DNA of 56,495 nucleotides, the filler included, from Stramenopiles sp. TOSAG23-6 (taxonomy: Eukaryota): assembly GCA_900128565.1 (NCBI GenBank). It is 4 parts of 4 records of this genome, joined end to end, with 100 filler letters (N's around TTAATTAATTAA, not from the genome) between each part and the next. Parts side by side here need not be neighbours in the genome. Positions count along the whole stretch, not along the records: positions 42,520 to 56,495 come from LT636151.1; 3 more parts are not named here. The stretch is one strand, 5' to 3'. Positions 44,492 through 56,442 of this stretch are shown here, one piece after another. Made by a program: the position numbers and the translations under genes. The notes under the pieces were generated by a model that ran no database searches, was not told where the DNA came from, and was given only the letters and a program-made list of their open reading frames with translations. The stretch's first letter is position 1, and each line of letters starts with the position of its first letter.

Positions 44492-46049
44492 ATGTGGAAT
44501 AACGGGACGAATGCACTTCCTGTAGATTTGAAGAGGCTAGATAACTTACGTAACTCTAAAGACCCTATGCTGCTGCTGCCGAAAAGTAGCCAGCAAGCAG
44601 CATGTAATAGTCTTGCTTGGATTGCAGAAATTGCCGATGAAGTAAGAAAGCAAGATTCGTCGACAATTACGTCAAATGCGTCAATAGCTGCGTTACAGAA
44701 TAATAAAACTGTTCCACGCGGGTTCAATCCAACTGAGTATAGTAGTAATTTCACGTATACACAAATGAATACACAACCTAAAGTACATAGACTTATACAA
44801 TCAAAATCACCCATACAACAACAGCAGTTTATGCCATCCCCGGAAGGTAACCATTCAAGTTATATAGGTGACGTATATCATACTGGAAATAATATAAATG
44901 CCGCGTATGCCTCTCATGGGCCTGGTCGTAATCAATCCAGGTACGAAAATAGTAATTGTTTGTCGAATAGCCCTAATAGAACAAATGCTTTGAATATGAA
45001 TAGATTACAATTTGCGCAGAATAATAATTCTAATTTTTTGTTTCCTAGGCGAATGACATCTCACCAGAGCATTGCGTTCCAAAATTCCAGTGCCTATGCA
45101 CAACAAGCTCAAATGAATCATTCCATGCCTGGGTACGTTTTCGTCATGAATTTCATTTTTTTTTTGGTACGAAATTTTGTACCTAACATTCTTGTTTTTC
45201 GAAATATTTATTCACAATACAGTTTGACAACTGGAATGACAACAGGATTGAAGCGCAAATTCATGGGGGACATTATAGACCCATCAATGGCAGACAGCAT
45301 GTGTGTTTTATTTTTTTTCAATTTCGAATTTTTTTAATATGAAATTTTGTACCTAACATTTTTAGTTTTTTTTTAAATATTTTTCCAAAATACATCCAAC
45401 GAAACAGAAAATTACTGAAACTATCTGCACCTCCACCACCCTATATGTCACAACAATCTAATTTAGTTTTTCCTAACCGTAACTTTTCAGGCCGAGTTGG
45501 AAACAATCAAATACAAAAAAGTAAAGCACCAGTTCGACGCCCACGGCCAAAAAAAGGCCCTTTAACTGCCGAAGAGAAGCTGAGACGTAAAAAGCAGCAT
45601 GCTGATGTTGAACGAAGGCGGAGTGCTCGCATTATTAGTTTATTCAATACCTTACGAAGAGTTTTACCATCGCAGAATGTATGTTTTANTTTTTTTCNAA
45701 NTCNAAANTTTTTTTTTTATAGTAAATTTTGTACCTAACGAATTTTTTTTTGAAATATTTTTTCAAAATATATGATTTGGAATACGTTGGTCCGGGTATT
45801 TCGGCGTCTTTAGTGAAAAAAAATGCAACACCGGTCAAGAAAAAAAAGAAACGGTCTAATGTGAATACAGTTGTTTTAGATAAGGTTTCCGTTTTGTCTC
45901 AGGCAGTGAATCGTATTAAAAAGCTGGGAGCTACACTGAGGGCAGCTGGCAAATTGGTAGTTTCTACTGTTACGTCTGATGGTGGTAAACCTACAGGGAC
46001 ATCTGGTAAACCTAACCCTAAACCTAATAAGAAGAAAGATAATAAATGA
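44492..46049 (+). CDS. bHLH transcription factor; exons 44492-45132, 45223-45300, 45396-45678, 45774-46049
   Basis: Basic/helix 1 RRKKQHADVERRRSARIISLFNTLRRVLP and helix 2 LDKVSVLSQAVNRIKKL are joined by removing 45679-45773; N/Q/S-rich N-terminus. Confidence 0.82.
45133..45222 (+). mobile_element. Introner-like intron, GT...AG variant
   Basis: gg|GTACGTTTTCGTCATGAA...gtacgaaattttgtacctaac...cacaataCAG|t; 90 nt. Confidence 0.85.
45301..45395 (+). mobile_element. Introner-like intron, GT...AT (in-frame AG at +12 possible)
   Basis: at|GTGTGTTTTA...gaaattttgtacctaac...ttccaaaataCAT|c; in frame with ORF 45445. Confidence 0.78.
45679..45773 (+). mobile_element. Introner-like intron, GT...AT
   Basis: at|GTATGT...ttttgtacctaac...ttcaaaataTAT|gat; first downstream AG is +40 and out of frame. 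Confidence 0.83.
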
Positions 46050-46272
46050 TAAATGAAAATTTTACCCTGAAAAGAATTACAACTTAATTAATTTACTTTT
46101 ATAAAAAGTGAATACATAATTTAGCTTCCTTAGGCTAGCCGTCCTATCCATTCAACTTTTCATACTTACATGTATTACATTTTCTATTTGAATTTTTTTA
46201 GCTGTAACCAACAAAAGTTTTACATATAAATATTAACTTTTTCAATACAATGTAGTAAAAACAATTTTAGTT

Positions 46273-49146
46273 TCAACCATCCAGAGTTTTTGCCATGTCA
46301 AAAGGATCAATTTGCCTCGCTTTAGAATGTAAAGCAACAGTTACAAAAAAAGTACTTGCAAATTGAAGTGCCATTCTAGCTGACACTAAATCATTTGCGT
46401 CTTCCAATTTTATTCGTACCAAAGATGCTAATTGACTTGCTCCAATGACAAGTTCATTCCAATCCTCATTGTTTAATCCTAAATGATTGACCCCATCACT
46501 ATATGCAGTATAATGATCAGCATTTCGTGTAATTCCTTTTATATCTGTTGTATCAGTATTACTACTGAGTAAAGCTTGGTATGCTTTGCCAATATTAATA
46601 CCATGTGCAGTCGCTGCAGTTTCAATTTTGTTGAGAATATCTTCGGCATCAGACACAAGACGAATGCCCTCGTGATAAGAGTTTCTTGTACTAAAATCAT
46701 GACGCAATAAACACGTTACCTCAAACCATTGCTGTGATAACTTTTCCGCAGATACAAGATTAGCTTCTTCTTGGGTTACGTCATCATCTCCCATTGCATC
46801 AGGTGCTTCTTCTAGTACTTTATTTTGAACATTCTCTAAATTGTCTAATTCATTTTTATTTGATAGTACATCCACTTGGTCATCTTCAACAATGTAATCA
46901 ACTTCTATATCATAATCTTCGGCAACACATTCATCACCCATTGTCATTTCATTTTCATCACTTTCATATTCATCAAAAGGTGATGCTAATGTTACAGCGG
47001 ATGGCGATACTGCAGCCTCTTCTATTTCAACTACATTTGATGTTTTCCTATTTTTGTCTAGATTATTGGCAGCCGCGGCGGCTGCAGCGACTGCCTTTGC
47101 ACTAGTTATGTCTGAATTTGAAATAGTTTCTTGGGTTTCGTTTTCGGATTCTANTTTTGAACTTTTGTTTCGTTTTGTACTTCGTATTTGTGGGGATATT
47201 TTCTCTATTTGTGGACAATTTGAAACATTTGGATCTAAAGCAACAGTCAAAGAACTTAGTCTGATTTTTGATCGTCTTCTTGCACCTCTTCCACTTTGAA
47301 TCTTTGAATTTCTTATATTTGTTCTACTTGTCCGCTTACTTCCTCTACCTCTACCTCTTCTATTTCGTGTCAAACCTCGACCTCCTCTTTTATTACGAAT
47401 ATTTTTTCCCCTGATAAAATATGATTGTCCATATGCAGCTACGGTTTTCTGATCAAGACCACGAAGCGATGGCTTTCTTGGTTCTAATCCAAGTGCCGCT
47501 CGCAAACTGCTAGTACTAGCAAGGCTATTGGTGCTATAAACACTTTCAGGTCTTGATTTTTTATCTCCATGATCCCAGAAACCAGCTTTAAAAGAATTTT
47601 TCATCCATTGGCTTGATCTAGATTCGGCTCTTTGTAAACGCTCTTTTCTAAGTGTTCGAAGCCTTGCACAGTCTTGGAGACTTTGTTGATTTCTTTGAAC
47701 CCACTCTGCAACGAGAATTTTTGGTATCGTTCCACTATCACTAGTATTCGATTTATGTGATTTGTCTTTATCTGCTGTATCTGTTTGATTAATATGACTC
47801 TCAATATGTGTTTTTAGTCGTAACCGTTCTTCAAAATATTGATCCCGTAATCGTTTTAAATCCTCAATCTCTCTAGCTTCATCGCTTCTCCGTTTTTCTT
47901 CTCTTCTAGCTAAAATTTCATGTCTCATGTCTTGTTTTATATCATTATTAATGACATCATCCACACCATTTGTATTATATGACGATGTTGCATGCATAGC
48001 TTGTATAGCAGTTCTTAGAACATTTGATTGATCCTTGGAATTTGACGACTTTAGTATTGCTGTAGATAATTGAAAATCCGCATTTCTAGGAGTACTACCT
48101 GTTGGTGTATAAAAAGGTCGAAAACCACTGTCTAGTGCATAAGGGACAGATAATTTTACATTGGAAACATTGGGATTTTTACTTTTATTAAGGTCTTCCG
48201 ATGTGTTTTTCATTTCAGTAGAATTTGGGCTTTGGTCACTTCTTTTCTGTCTTGTTTGCTGTGTTTTGCTATTAATTTGTTTCTGATTCGAAGTATGTCG
48301 CAGGGATTGTTTTTTAGGTTTCAGAGGTTTGTTATGGGGGTTACCTCGTTCATTTTGTTTTCGAGTTAAATCGATTTTCCTGCCTCGACCCCTACCTCGA
48401 CGCGACATTCGTTTACGCATACTTGGAACCCTTGGGGGAGATCCAAAGAATCCAAAACGTTTTGCCTTTGATGACGTTTCTTCATTTTGTGTATTTTTTG
48501 TATTTTTTGTATTTTTTGTATATCGTGTATTTTGTGGGCTGGGGATACTCTTTTTTTGGCATTTTCCTCCAGTTGTCTCTAAACTATTAGTAGTATTATC
48601 TATTGTTTTGGAGGATAGCCTTTTTTTGAGGACACTCCTCGGAGAACACAAGGCAGCTGCACGCAGGACTTTTTCTTGTAGAGAAATACTATTTTTTTTA
48701 TTTGATGATTTCTCAGCAACAGAAGAAAGTCTTGGAGAAGTTGATTGAGGACTATCTATTCTTGGAGACGTTGATCGAGGACAATCTATATTACCTCCAA
48801 GGAAATGATCACTATTGTCACTTCGTACTGATGTTGATCGGTTACGTACAGACAGTCCAATAGGAGGAGTACTAGGTGGCGTATGATGGATTTCAGAGGA
48901 GCCTCTATTTTTATTGGGTACCTCAGGCAGCCCATCGGCGATCACATCTCCTGAATCAGGTCTTGCGATTTCGTCAATCCTTATTATTTCTTCTCGGGAA
49001 TCTTCTATTGTTTGTTTTGATTGTCTACGTCGATTTAATTTAAAAAGAGCCTTAAAACTTGCCGCACGCCTTCGACGCTTTGGATTAGGATTATTGCCTT
49101 CATCACTCTCCTCTTTCTGCGGCCGTGCTGAAGCAGCTGCTCCCAT
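46273..49146 (-). CDS. Large low-complexity hypothetical protein, possible N-myristoylation (MGAAAS)
   Basis: Uninterrupted ~957-aa frame with basic and acidic blocks; no domain recognised. Confidence 0.65.
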   Translation of the reverse strand: MGAAASARPQKEESDEGNNPNPKRRRRAASFKALFKLNRRRQSKQTIEDSREEIIRIDEIARPDSGDVIADGLPEVPNKNRGSSEIHHTPPSTPPIGLSVRNRSTSVRSDNSDHFLGGNIDCPRSTSPRIDSPQSTSPRLSSVAEKSSNKKNSISLQEKVLRAAALCSPRSVLKKRLSSKTIDNTTNSLETTGGKCQKKSIPSPQNTRYTKNTKNTKNTQNEETSSKAKRFGFFGSPPRVPSMRKRMSRRGRGRGRKIDLTRKQNERGNPHNKPLKPKKQSLRHTSNQKQINSKTQQTRQKRSDQSPNSTEMKNTSEDLNKSKNPNVSNVKLSVPYALDSGFRPFYTPTGSTPRNADFQLSTAILKSSNSKDQSNVLRTAIQAMHATSSYNTNGVDDVINNDIKQDMRHEILARREEKRRSDEAREIEDLKRLRDQYFEERLRLKTHIESHINQTDTADKDKSHKSNTSDSGTIPKILVAEWVQRNQQSLQDCARLRTLRKERLQRAESRSSQWMKNSFKAGFWDHGDKKSRPESVYSTNSLASTSSLRAALGLEPRKPSLRGLDQKTVAAYGQSYFIRGKNIRNKRGGRGLTRNRRGRGRGSKRTSRTNIRNSKIQSGRGARRRSKIRLSSLTVALDPNVSNCPQIEKISPQIRSTKRNKSSKXESENETQETISNSDITSAKAVAAAAAAANNLDKNRKTSNVVEIEEAAVSPSAVTLASPFDEYESDENEMTMGDECVAEDYDIEVDYIVEDDQVDVLSNKNELDNLENVQNKVLEEAPDAMGDDDVTQEEANLVSAEKLSQQWFEVTCLLRHDFSTRNSYHEGIRLVSDAEDILNKIETAATAHGINIGKAYQALLSSNTDTTDIKGITRNADHYTAYSDGVNHLGLNNEDWNELVIGASQLASLVRIKLEDANDLVSARMALQFASTFFVTVALHSKARQIDPFDMAKTLDG

Positions 49147-49435
49147 TATGCAATTATCAATGTCTATGTTACAGCAATAACAAATACGTGTGTTGTGCAA
49201 GTGCAAAAGATACTTCCAAGAAAGAAAGTACAGACATTGTGTAACTGTATTTTTCGAATTTAATATTCTGCGGCTTGCTTGAGCAGGTTTGTGTTGAAGA
49301 ATTTTTTTTGAAAAGCTCCAAAAATTCGGATATCGTGCTTTGAGTAAATTTTGAAACTCTTCCTCCTCTCGCGTTATTCTTACAACTTTTATTTTCTCGA
49401 TCTACGATCTAAAATTTCTGTGCATATAGTAGAAA

Positions 49436-52400
49436 ATGCTAGTAGATGAAGACGGTAAAGACAACTCTATTGTAAATGAAGAGTCCAAGCCACTCTTGAG
49501 TAGCACCGACTCACAATTTAAAGAAAATACTAACGAAAATCAAACAGTAAAAAACGTTTGTTGGAATCGACATTATGTTATCATAATTCTCGTGACGTTA
49601 ACAGTTATAACTGCTATCTCTTTGGTAGTTGCACTTAAACTACAACCTACAAAAAAAAGCCCAAACAATGTAATTACTCCAAACAATGACGGGGGAGCTG
49701 AAGATAAAAGTTTTTTTGATCGAACAAATGAGGTGACTAGTTTAGTCCAGGGCACCCAAAACTATGTAAAGAAAGCTAAACGAGACGACCGCACTTACAA
49801 ATATATCACTCTATCTAATAAGTTAGAGGTTCTACTTGTCAGTGATCCTTCTACAGATGTTGCTGCTGCATCAATGTCAGTGGGTGTTGGGTCTCTTTGT
49901 GACCCTGAGCAATTTGCAGGACTTGCACACTTTTTGGAGCATATGCTTTTTTTAGGTTCGGAAAAATTTCCAAATGAAGACCAGTTTGCAAAGATAATCT
50001 CTCAACATGGTGGGTTTACTAATGCTTATACTGCATCTTCTGAAACGAATTATCACTTTAATATTGGCGAGCAATATCTTAAAACTGCGTTAAAAGTTTG
50101 GAGTCAATTTTTTGTATCGCCACTTTTGACAAAGAGTGCCATTGAGCGTGAAGTGAACGCAGTGAACAGTGAGCACGAGAAAAATATAAATAATGATGCA
50201 TGGAGATTCTCTCAGCTACTAAAATCTACTTCATCAGCATCACATCCGTATCACAAGTTCGCAACAGGTAATTTAGACACACTTTTGAAGTCTAATTCAA
50301 ACGATAATTTGGAAAAGGCTTTAAAAACTTTCTTTACACAATATTACGTAGCAAATAAAATGAAGCTTTCTATTTTAGGTAGTGAATCTGTGAATGATCT
50401 CCAAAAATATGCCAAAACACTATTCCAAGATATAAAAATGTCTGCTGATGATTCTGATTTCTGTTACTCTCCTTCGGTGTACGTTTTTATCCCTACCCTT
50501 AATTTCAAATTTATTTTTTTCGTACGAAATTTTGTACCTAACGAATTTTTTTTGAAAAAAAAAAATCCTTTTCACAATGCATCGTACGCGAGCCAGATAA
50601 GCTTGGAGTTCAATATATTCTTAAACCTATTGCAAAAAAGTATACTTTAGAAGTTTTTTGGTTCTTCCCGCTGATGCGTACTCATTTCAAAATCAAACCT
50701 TTAAGTTACATTGCAAGTCTTATGTATGTTTTATTTTTTTGAAAATTTGAATTTGTTTTCGTACGAAATTTTGTACCTAACAATTTTTTTTAGATTTTTT
50801 TTTGAAATATTTTTCGAAAATACATTAGCAATGAGGGCAAAAATTCTTTATTATCGAATCTAAGAAAGAAAAAGTGGGCTGATAATGTTGCAGCTAGTGA
50901 GGGGGATGAAGGTTATGATTACACTATATTTTCAGTGTATTTCTCCTTGACAGAATTAGGAGTTACAAAGGTTGACGAAATATTGCTTCTTCTTTTTGAA
51001 TTGATAGGTAAAATGCGCCAGGAGGGTGCTGAGGAATGGCGTTGGCGTGAACTTCAAAAGATATCACAATCTTCATTTGACTATCAAGAAAAAATGGATC
51101 CTTCTGATTATGTTGAATTTATATCAAATGCAATGCAACAATATCCAAGGGTTAATATTCTTACTGGTAGTTTCATTTTCGAAAATTATGAAGCTGACGT
51201 TATTCGTAATGCGATTGATATGTTGACCCCAGAGCGAATGGTTGTAATGGTTGGCGATCCAAGTAAAAAAGATGATTTTTATACAAAGGAAGAACATATT
51301 TATAAGACCAAGTATACGGATAATAATATACCCAAAGAGTTTCTTAAAAAACTCGGGAATGTATCAACCACACACACAAAATCCTTATCGCTTCCACTGG
51401 AAAATCAATACATTTCTACAGATTTTTCATTATCCCCTAATGTTCAAAAATATCATGATGAAAAAAGTCCTAGCACGGATAGTAAGAATTGCGATCAAAA
51501 TTCCTGTAGACCAAAGTTACTGGAGAGTCAAAGTCGTCACAGAGTTTGGGTTCGACCCGACCGTTACTTTGGAAACCCTCATATAGACCTAACGATCTTA
51601 ATTGACATGGGAAGGGGAGAGAAAAGAGAAGTTCAAGAAGTAGAAACTCCATCTGATAAAATGCGATTTAAAAGATCGGCTACCAGTGTATATACTGATG
51701 AAATGATGGAGGTTCAGGGAAATGACAGTAAAAAAGTAAATGTGAGCAGTAGCATTGTAGAAACAAAGAAGCTCTTACGACAAGAGTTGATTAAAATTAT
51801 TTATGCTAATGTGCTGTCACATGCGTTAGTAGAAAAAATGGCAGATGCTTCGGTAGCAGGATATTCAGTCGATTTCGATAGAACAAGCACTGGAGTTTCA
51901 CTGAATATTCGAGGATTTTCAGAAAAGTTTGACAAAGTTTTGAAAGAAACTTTAGATTTTATTAGAACTTTTCTTTCAAGCGAAGAAAACTTTGAAAACT
52001 TTGAAGAAATTGTACAGAGCATTACAAGAGGATGGGAAAATTTCCCCAAACAACAACCTTACGAAAAGGCATTGTTTTTGCTTAAATATACACTTCGAGA
52101 ACCTGTATTTACACCTGCCGAATTCCTACAAGAATTACATAAAACAGAGTCGGAATCTAAAATTAGTAATGGCAATGGCGATGAAAGTCCTTCCCCAGTA
52201 TCTTCTTCACTAAAAGCAGGTAATGTACCAGAATCTAAAAGTAGTAAAGACTCAGTAATACATGAACTAAAAAGCAGTGATGGAGGTCCCATAAGTCCAC
52301 CAAAAGGACCACCAAAAGCTAGGTTTAAAGAGAAACAAAGGCGGGAGAACAACGGTCGATTTCGTGCAGTGAAAACTCTTGCACCTACCGCCCCGAGTAG

Positions 52401-53925
52401 TACTAAATTAACCAATCCATTGGGTTCTCAAGATGTGCATACATCTTCAAGTGTTGAAAATAAAACAGGAAAAATACCAGAAAATCCAGATTTTCAAAAA
52501 TCAAAAAAGAAACACAATGTAACAATACAAGAAGTGAAGGATACCATGGCAGAGCTGTTTCAAGATGTCTGTCTTGAAACATTAATCTATGGAAATATTG
52601 ATATGGAACATGGTAAAAGAATTACATCAATCATTGAAGGAGAGACTGGTTTCAACGTTAACAAAAAGAAAACGCAATCAGGTTCTAGTGTACGCTGCCA
52701 ACGAAAATTTCTCAGTAATAAAGAACTGCCATCCTCCAAAGATTCAAATGCAATAAGCACTGTAATACAACTAAAAGATGAAAATGAAAATGAAAGTAAT
52801 TCAGCATGTATTCTTAATTTTCAAATTGGCCCACGAGGAACGCCACTTGATGTAAGACTTCAACTATTGAATGAAATCATACAACTATCGATTTTCGATG
52901 AATTGCGAACAAAACAACAGTTAGGATATATTGTACGATCACAAGTATCTTCAAATCCATCAAGAAATGATCTACTAACCATTGTCCAAAGCCCTGTGAA
53001 AGATGCGGCTACTTTGTCTGAATTAACTATGAAATTTTTTAGCACATTTGAAAAACATCTGAATGCTTTAGGCAAACCGGAATTCGAAAATAGAGTTAAG
53101 GCACTTGCACGATTGAAAGAGAGAAAATTAAAATCTCCGTCGGAGGAAATACATTACCTTCTAAGTGAAATAGTGTCAAGGCAATATGAGTTTAACAAGA
53201 GGTTTTTGCATGCAGATGAGTTTAAAAAGGTAACAAAACAGGAAATCATAGATTTATTTAAAAAACATATTTTTGGAGATGGTGAAAAGAAAATATTAGC
53301 CATTGAAACGTTTGGAAAAGACCACACAGTTCCTAAGGGAGGTGATAAGAAAGTAATACATTCAATGGAAGAATTAAAGCAGTTACGAAAGACATTGAAA
53401 ATATATCCTCATCGATCTCAACGCACACCCAAAGAAGATAATGATGTCGAAGAAAGCAAATCGAGACCTGCTGATGTTCCTACTGATGATCCTGATTCAA
53501 CAAGTAGTGGTACAGGACCAAGTGATGCACCAGAACCTACTCCACCTGCTGATCTTTCTTCACCTAAATATAAAAATAGTCCATCTTCTACTCCTATATC
53601 TGCACCTGCTGAAAAATCATGTGTTAAGCAAAAAGACGCTGCTAAATGTGTCAATGATCTCACGCAAGGAGATGTATATAAGAACAAAAAAAGCTGTAAT
53701 GCTGTGAAAGCCTATGCGCTTTGCTTTAGCAAACATGATTGTTGTAATAACAAAAATAAAAAAATAGTAGAGGAAGAGTCAATGAAGTTCAAAGTTTCTG
53801 AGGATGAGGACGCAAAAGTTTGTAAAGTTGGCTGCGATTATTTACCACGTGGATCATCTTCGACTTTATCTATTGGAGTTACATCTATCGTTTTGGCAGT
53901 TGTATCATTTTCAAATTTTGTATGA
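49436..53925 (+). CDS. M16A (insulysin/pitrilysin-type) zinc metallopeptidase, membrane-anchored; exons 49436-50478, 50583-50723, 50826-53925
   Basis: GLAHFLEHMLFLGSEKFP (HxxEH), NAYT, REVNAVNSEH, HPYHKFATGN, KPLSYIASLISNEGKNSLLS, FDELRTKQQLGYIV. Confidence 0.9.
50479..50582 (+). mobile_element. Introner-like intron, GT...AT
   Basis: gt|GTACGTTTTT...ttcgtacgaaattttgtacctaac...cacaatgCAT|c; opens the otherwise hidden exon VREPDKLG...KPLSYIASL. Confidence 0.8.
50724..50825 (+). mobile_element. Introner-like intron, GT...AT
   Basis: at|GTATGT...ttcgaaaataCAT|t agc aat gag; gives YIASLISNEG, matching insulysin YLGHLIGHEG spacing. Confidence 0.87.
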
Positions 53926-54302
53926 AATTNTTTATGTGAAAATTTTTATATTATATATAATTGATTATATTNTTTTTCAAAATTTAATAAAAAATAGGAA
54001 TAAAAAGTGATTTTTTATTTTTAATGCTCCCGAGATCAGATACAAAATTGTCTACAAAAAAAAATCCTTAATGTATTTTATGATCTCGATCTCTCAATCA
54101 TCAAAGAAAGCAAGCATAAGAATTCCATGATTCCGTACCATTTTTTNGTATGAAAAGACAAGAAGAATTTGACACAGAAAGAATTCCGGAAAAATCATTT
54201 TTTGGCCATTTTTAAAATTTTCGGGTCAGCTTGACTCGAGTGAAAAAAAACACTATTCACAAACACGCTTACACAGTTTTTATATCAAAAGGTAATACCG
54301 TA

Positions 54303-55805
54303 ATGGATTACTCGAAATGGGATAATCTTGACACTGGAAGTAGTGGTGACGATTCTGATGATGCGTATGGACGCTTGCCACCATCTCTACCCACATTTAA
54401 CGACACGTCGCTTTTGCAGTGTGGTGTTCAAGAGCGAAAAATTGGTCAGCTAGCAGTAGATGCCTGTCTGGAGAAGCTTGCTTCTGGAGCTGACCCAAAT
54501 AGCTGTAATAGAATGGGCCAGACTGCGTTGCACATTGCTGCCATCTGGGGTGGAATGGGAGTTGGGCGAACTCTACTCAAAGCTGGGGCTAATGTAAACG
54601 CTCGTAATATGATGCGTGGTTCAACGCCTCTTATGATGGCTGCTGGACGGGACCAAGCTGAATTTGCAAAGTTCCTTCTCGAGAACGGTGCAGACCCCAC
54701 GATGCGGGATACTTCCGGTCAATGTGCCTGGCAAATGGCTTCTGACGAGTCTCTTCGCATGCTTTTAGGAGGTCCATCGCCAGAGCTCACTGATGCGACT
54801 CTCGAAGGAAATCTTCAAAGGGTCAAAGACGTCCTTCGCCGCAATCCCGAGCTTTTAACCGTGCGCAATGGTGACGAAGAAACAGCCCTTACACTTGCTC
54901 TCAAAGAAAGACATTGGCCAATCGCTAGATACTTTATCAATCACCCTGACGCGGCATCTCTAATAAATTTAGAAGATTCAGACGGCGCATATCCTCTGCA
55001 CCTTTGTGTTCGTATGGAAAATCTCCCTCTTGTTGCTGAATTGCTGAAATGTGGTGCTGATCCTAACCAGAAAGCCTATCGTTATACTGAATATACCAGT
55101 GGTAGGTTTGATAAAATAGATAAGGCTACTGGAGAAAAGACGACTGTTTCAAACGAACATTGTACGCCCCTACTTGAATGTGCAAAAAATGGTAATATCG
55201 ATATTGCGAAGTTACTCATTCAGAGTCGATGTGACGTTGACGCGACAGATGGCGATGGATGTACAGCTCTTTATATCACGCTTGATGAATACGCTGATGC
55301 TCTTGATGATGATGAATCTGAATCTAAATCTAAAGATCGTATCGAGAAGAAAAAAGCGATGGCGGCTCTTTTGCTATCAAGTGGTGCATCCCCAAATATT
55401 GGTAACGCTTATATAGGCTACGATAATACACTTCTTGCTTGGGCATCATCGTCAAAAAATATTGAAGTTGTTAAACTTCTTTTACAATACAAAGCAGACC
55501 CAAATATTGCTGGGAAATCTGGAATGTACCCGCTTCATATGGCAACTCGTGTAAACTGTGTCCCAATACTACAATTATTATTGGAGGCTGGTGCTACGAT
55601 TGATGTAAAGAACAAAACAGGCCAAACTGCTTTATGTACTTTTTTTTTTTTTCACATTTTTTTTTCATATGAAATTTTGTACCTAACGATTTTTTTTTGT
55701 TAGTAAAAAAAAAATATATTTTTTCACAGTACATATCTATCCCAAACTTGTAAGAAGACAGATATTACAAACCTATTATTACAAGCAGCTGCCGCTCTTA
55801 TATAG
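54303..55805 (+). CDS. Ankyrin-repeat protein; exons 54303-55635 and 55735-55805
   Basis: Many repeats (GQTALHIAA, GSTPLMMAA, GAYPLHL, GMYPLHMA); last repeat GQTALYLSQTCKKTDITNLLLQA is completed by splicing; N-terminal MDYSKWD motif. Confidence 0.9.
55636..55734 (+). mobile_element. Introner-like intron, GT...AT
   Basis: at|GTACTTTT...gaaattttgtacctaac...ttcacagtaCAT|at; the CAG 5 nt upstream would break the ankyrin frame. Confidence 0.87.
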
Positions 55806-56442
55806 TTTTTCATTAGTGTATGGAAACAAAAATGACATTGGTATATTATTTATAAATAATAAGACCAAGTGCAATACAATGTGAAATGTCTTTTTAGGGA
55901 TAATATTTCGTGTCTTTTTAGGGATAATATTTCGTGTCTTTTTAGATGTAGAGTGATTTGCGTGAACTGTGTGAAACAATGTTGTAAGCGTGTGACTATG
56001 ATTCTATGAAATAATTTGTATGAGAGAAAATGTGGTGCGAGTGAGTGTGTAGTATTACGTGGTGTTTATATTTTGGAGTGTGTGTATATTTAAATTTCAT
56101 ACAAAATTTGAAAATTTCATAAAAAACATAAAAAAGAGCTAAAAAAGAAATGATTTCATTTCATATATATTATATGAATATTTCAAAAACAACGTTAGGT
56201 ACAAAATTTCGTACGAAAAAGAAATCGAAAAAAATATGGAACATGTTTTTTTATTTATTGTTTGTCCAGTTCAAATAATATTCGTTTTTACTTTTGCTAA
56301 CGTAACAAAATTTGTACCAAAATTTATCAATCAAGTAACAAAATTTGTACGAAAACATTTAATCATACATCTGACTTCACATACACCACTACATGCCTCA
56401 TTTTCGTACATCCATTCTTCTACATAATAATATCACATTGTC

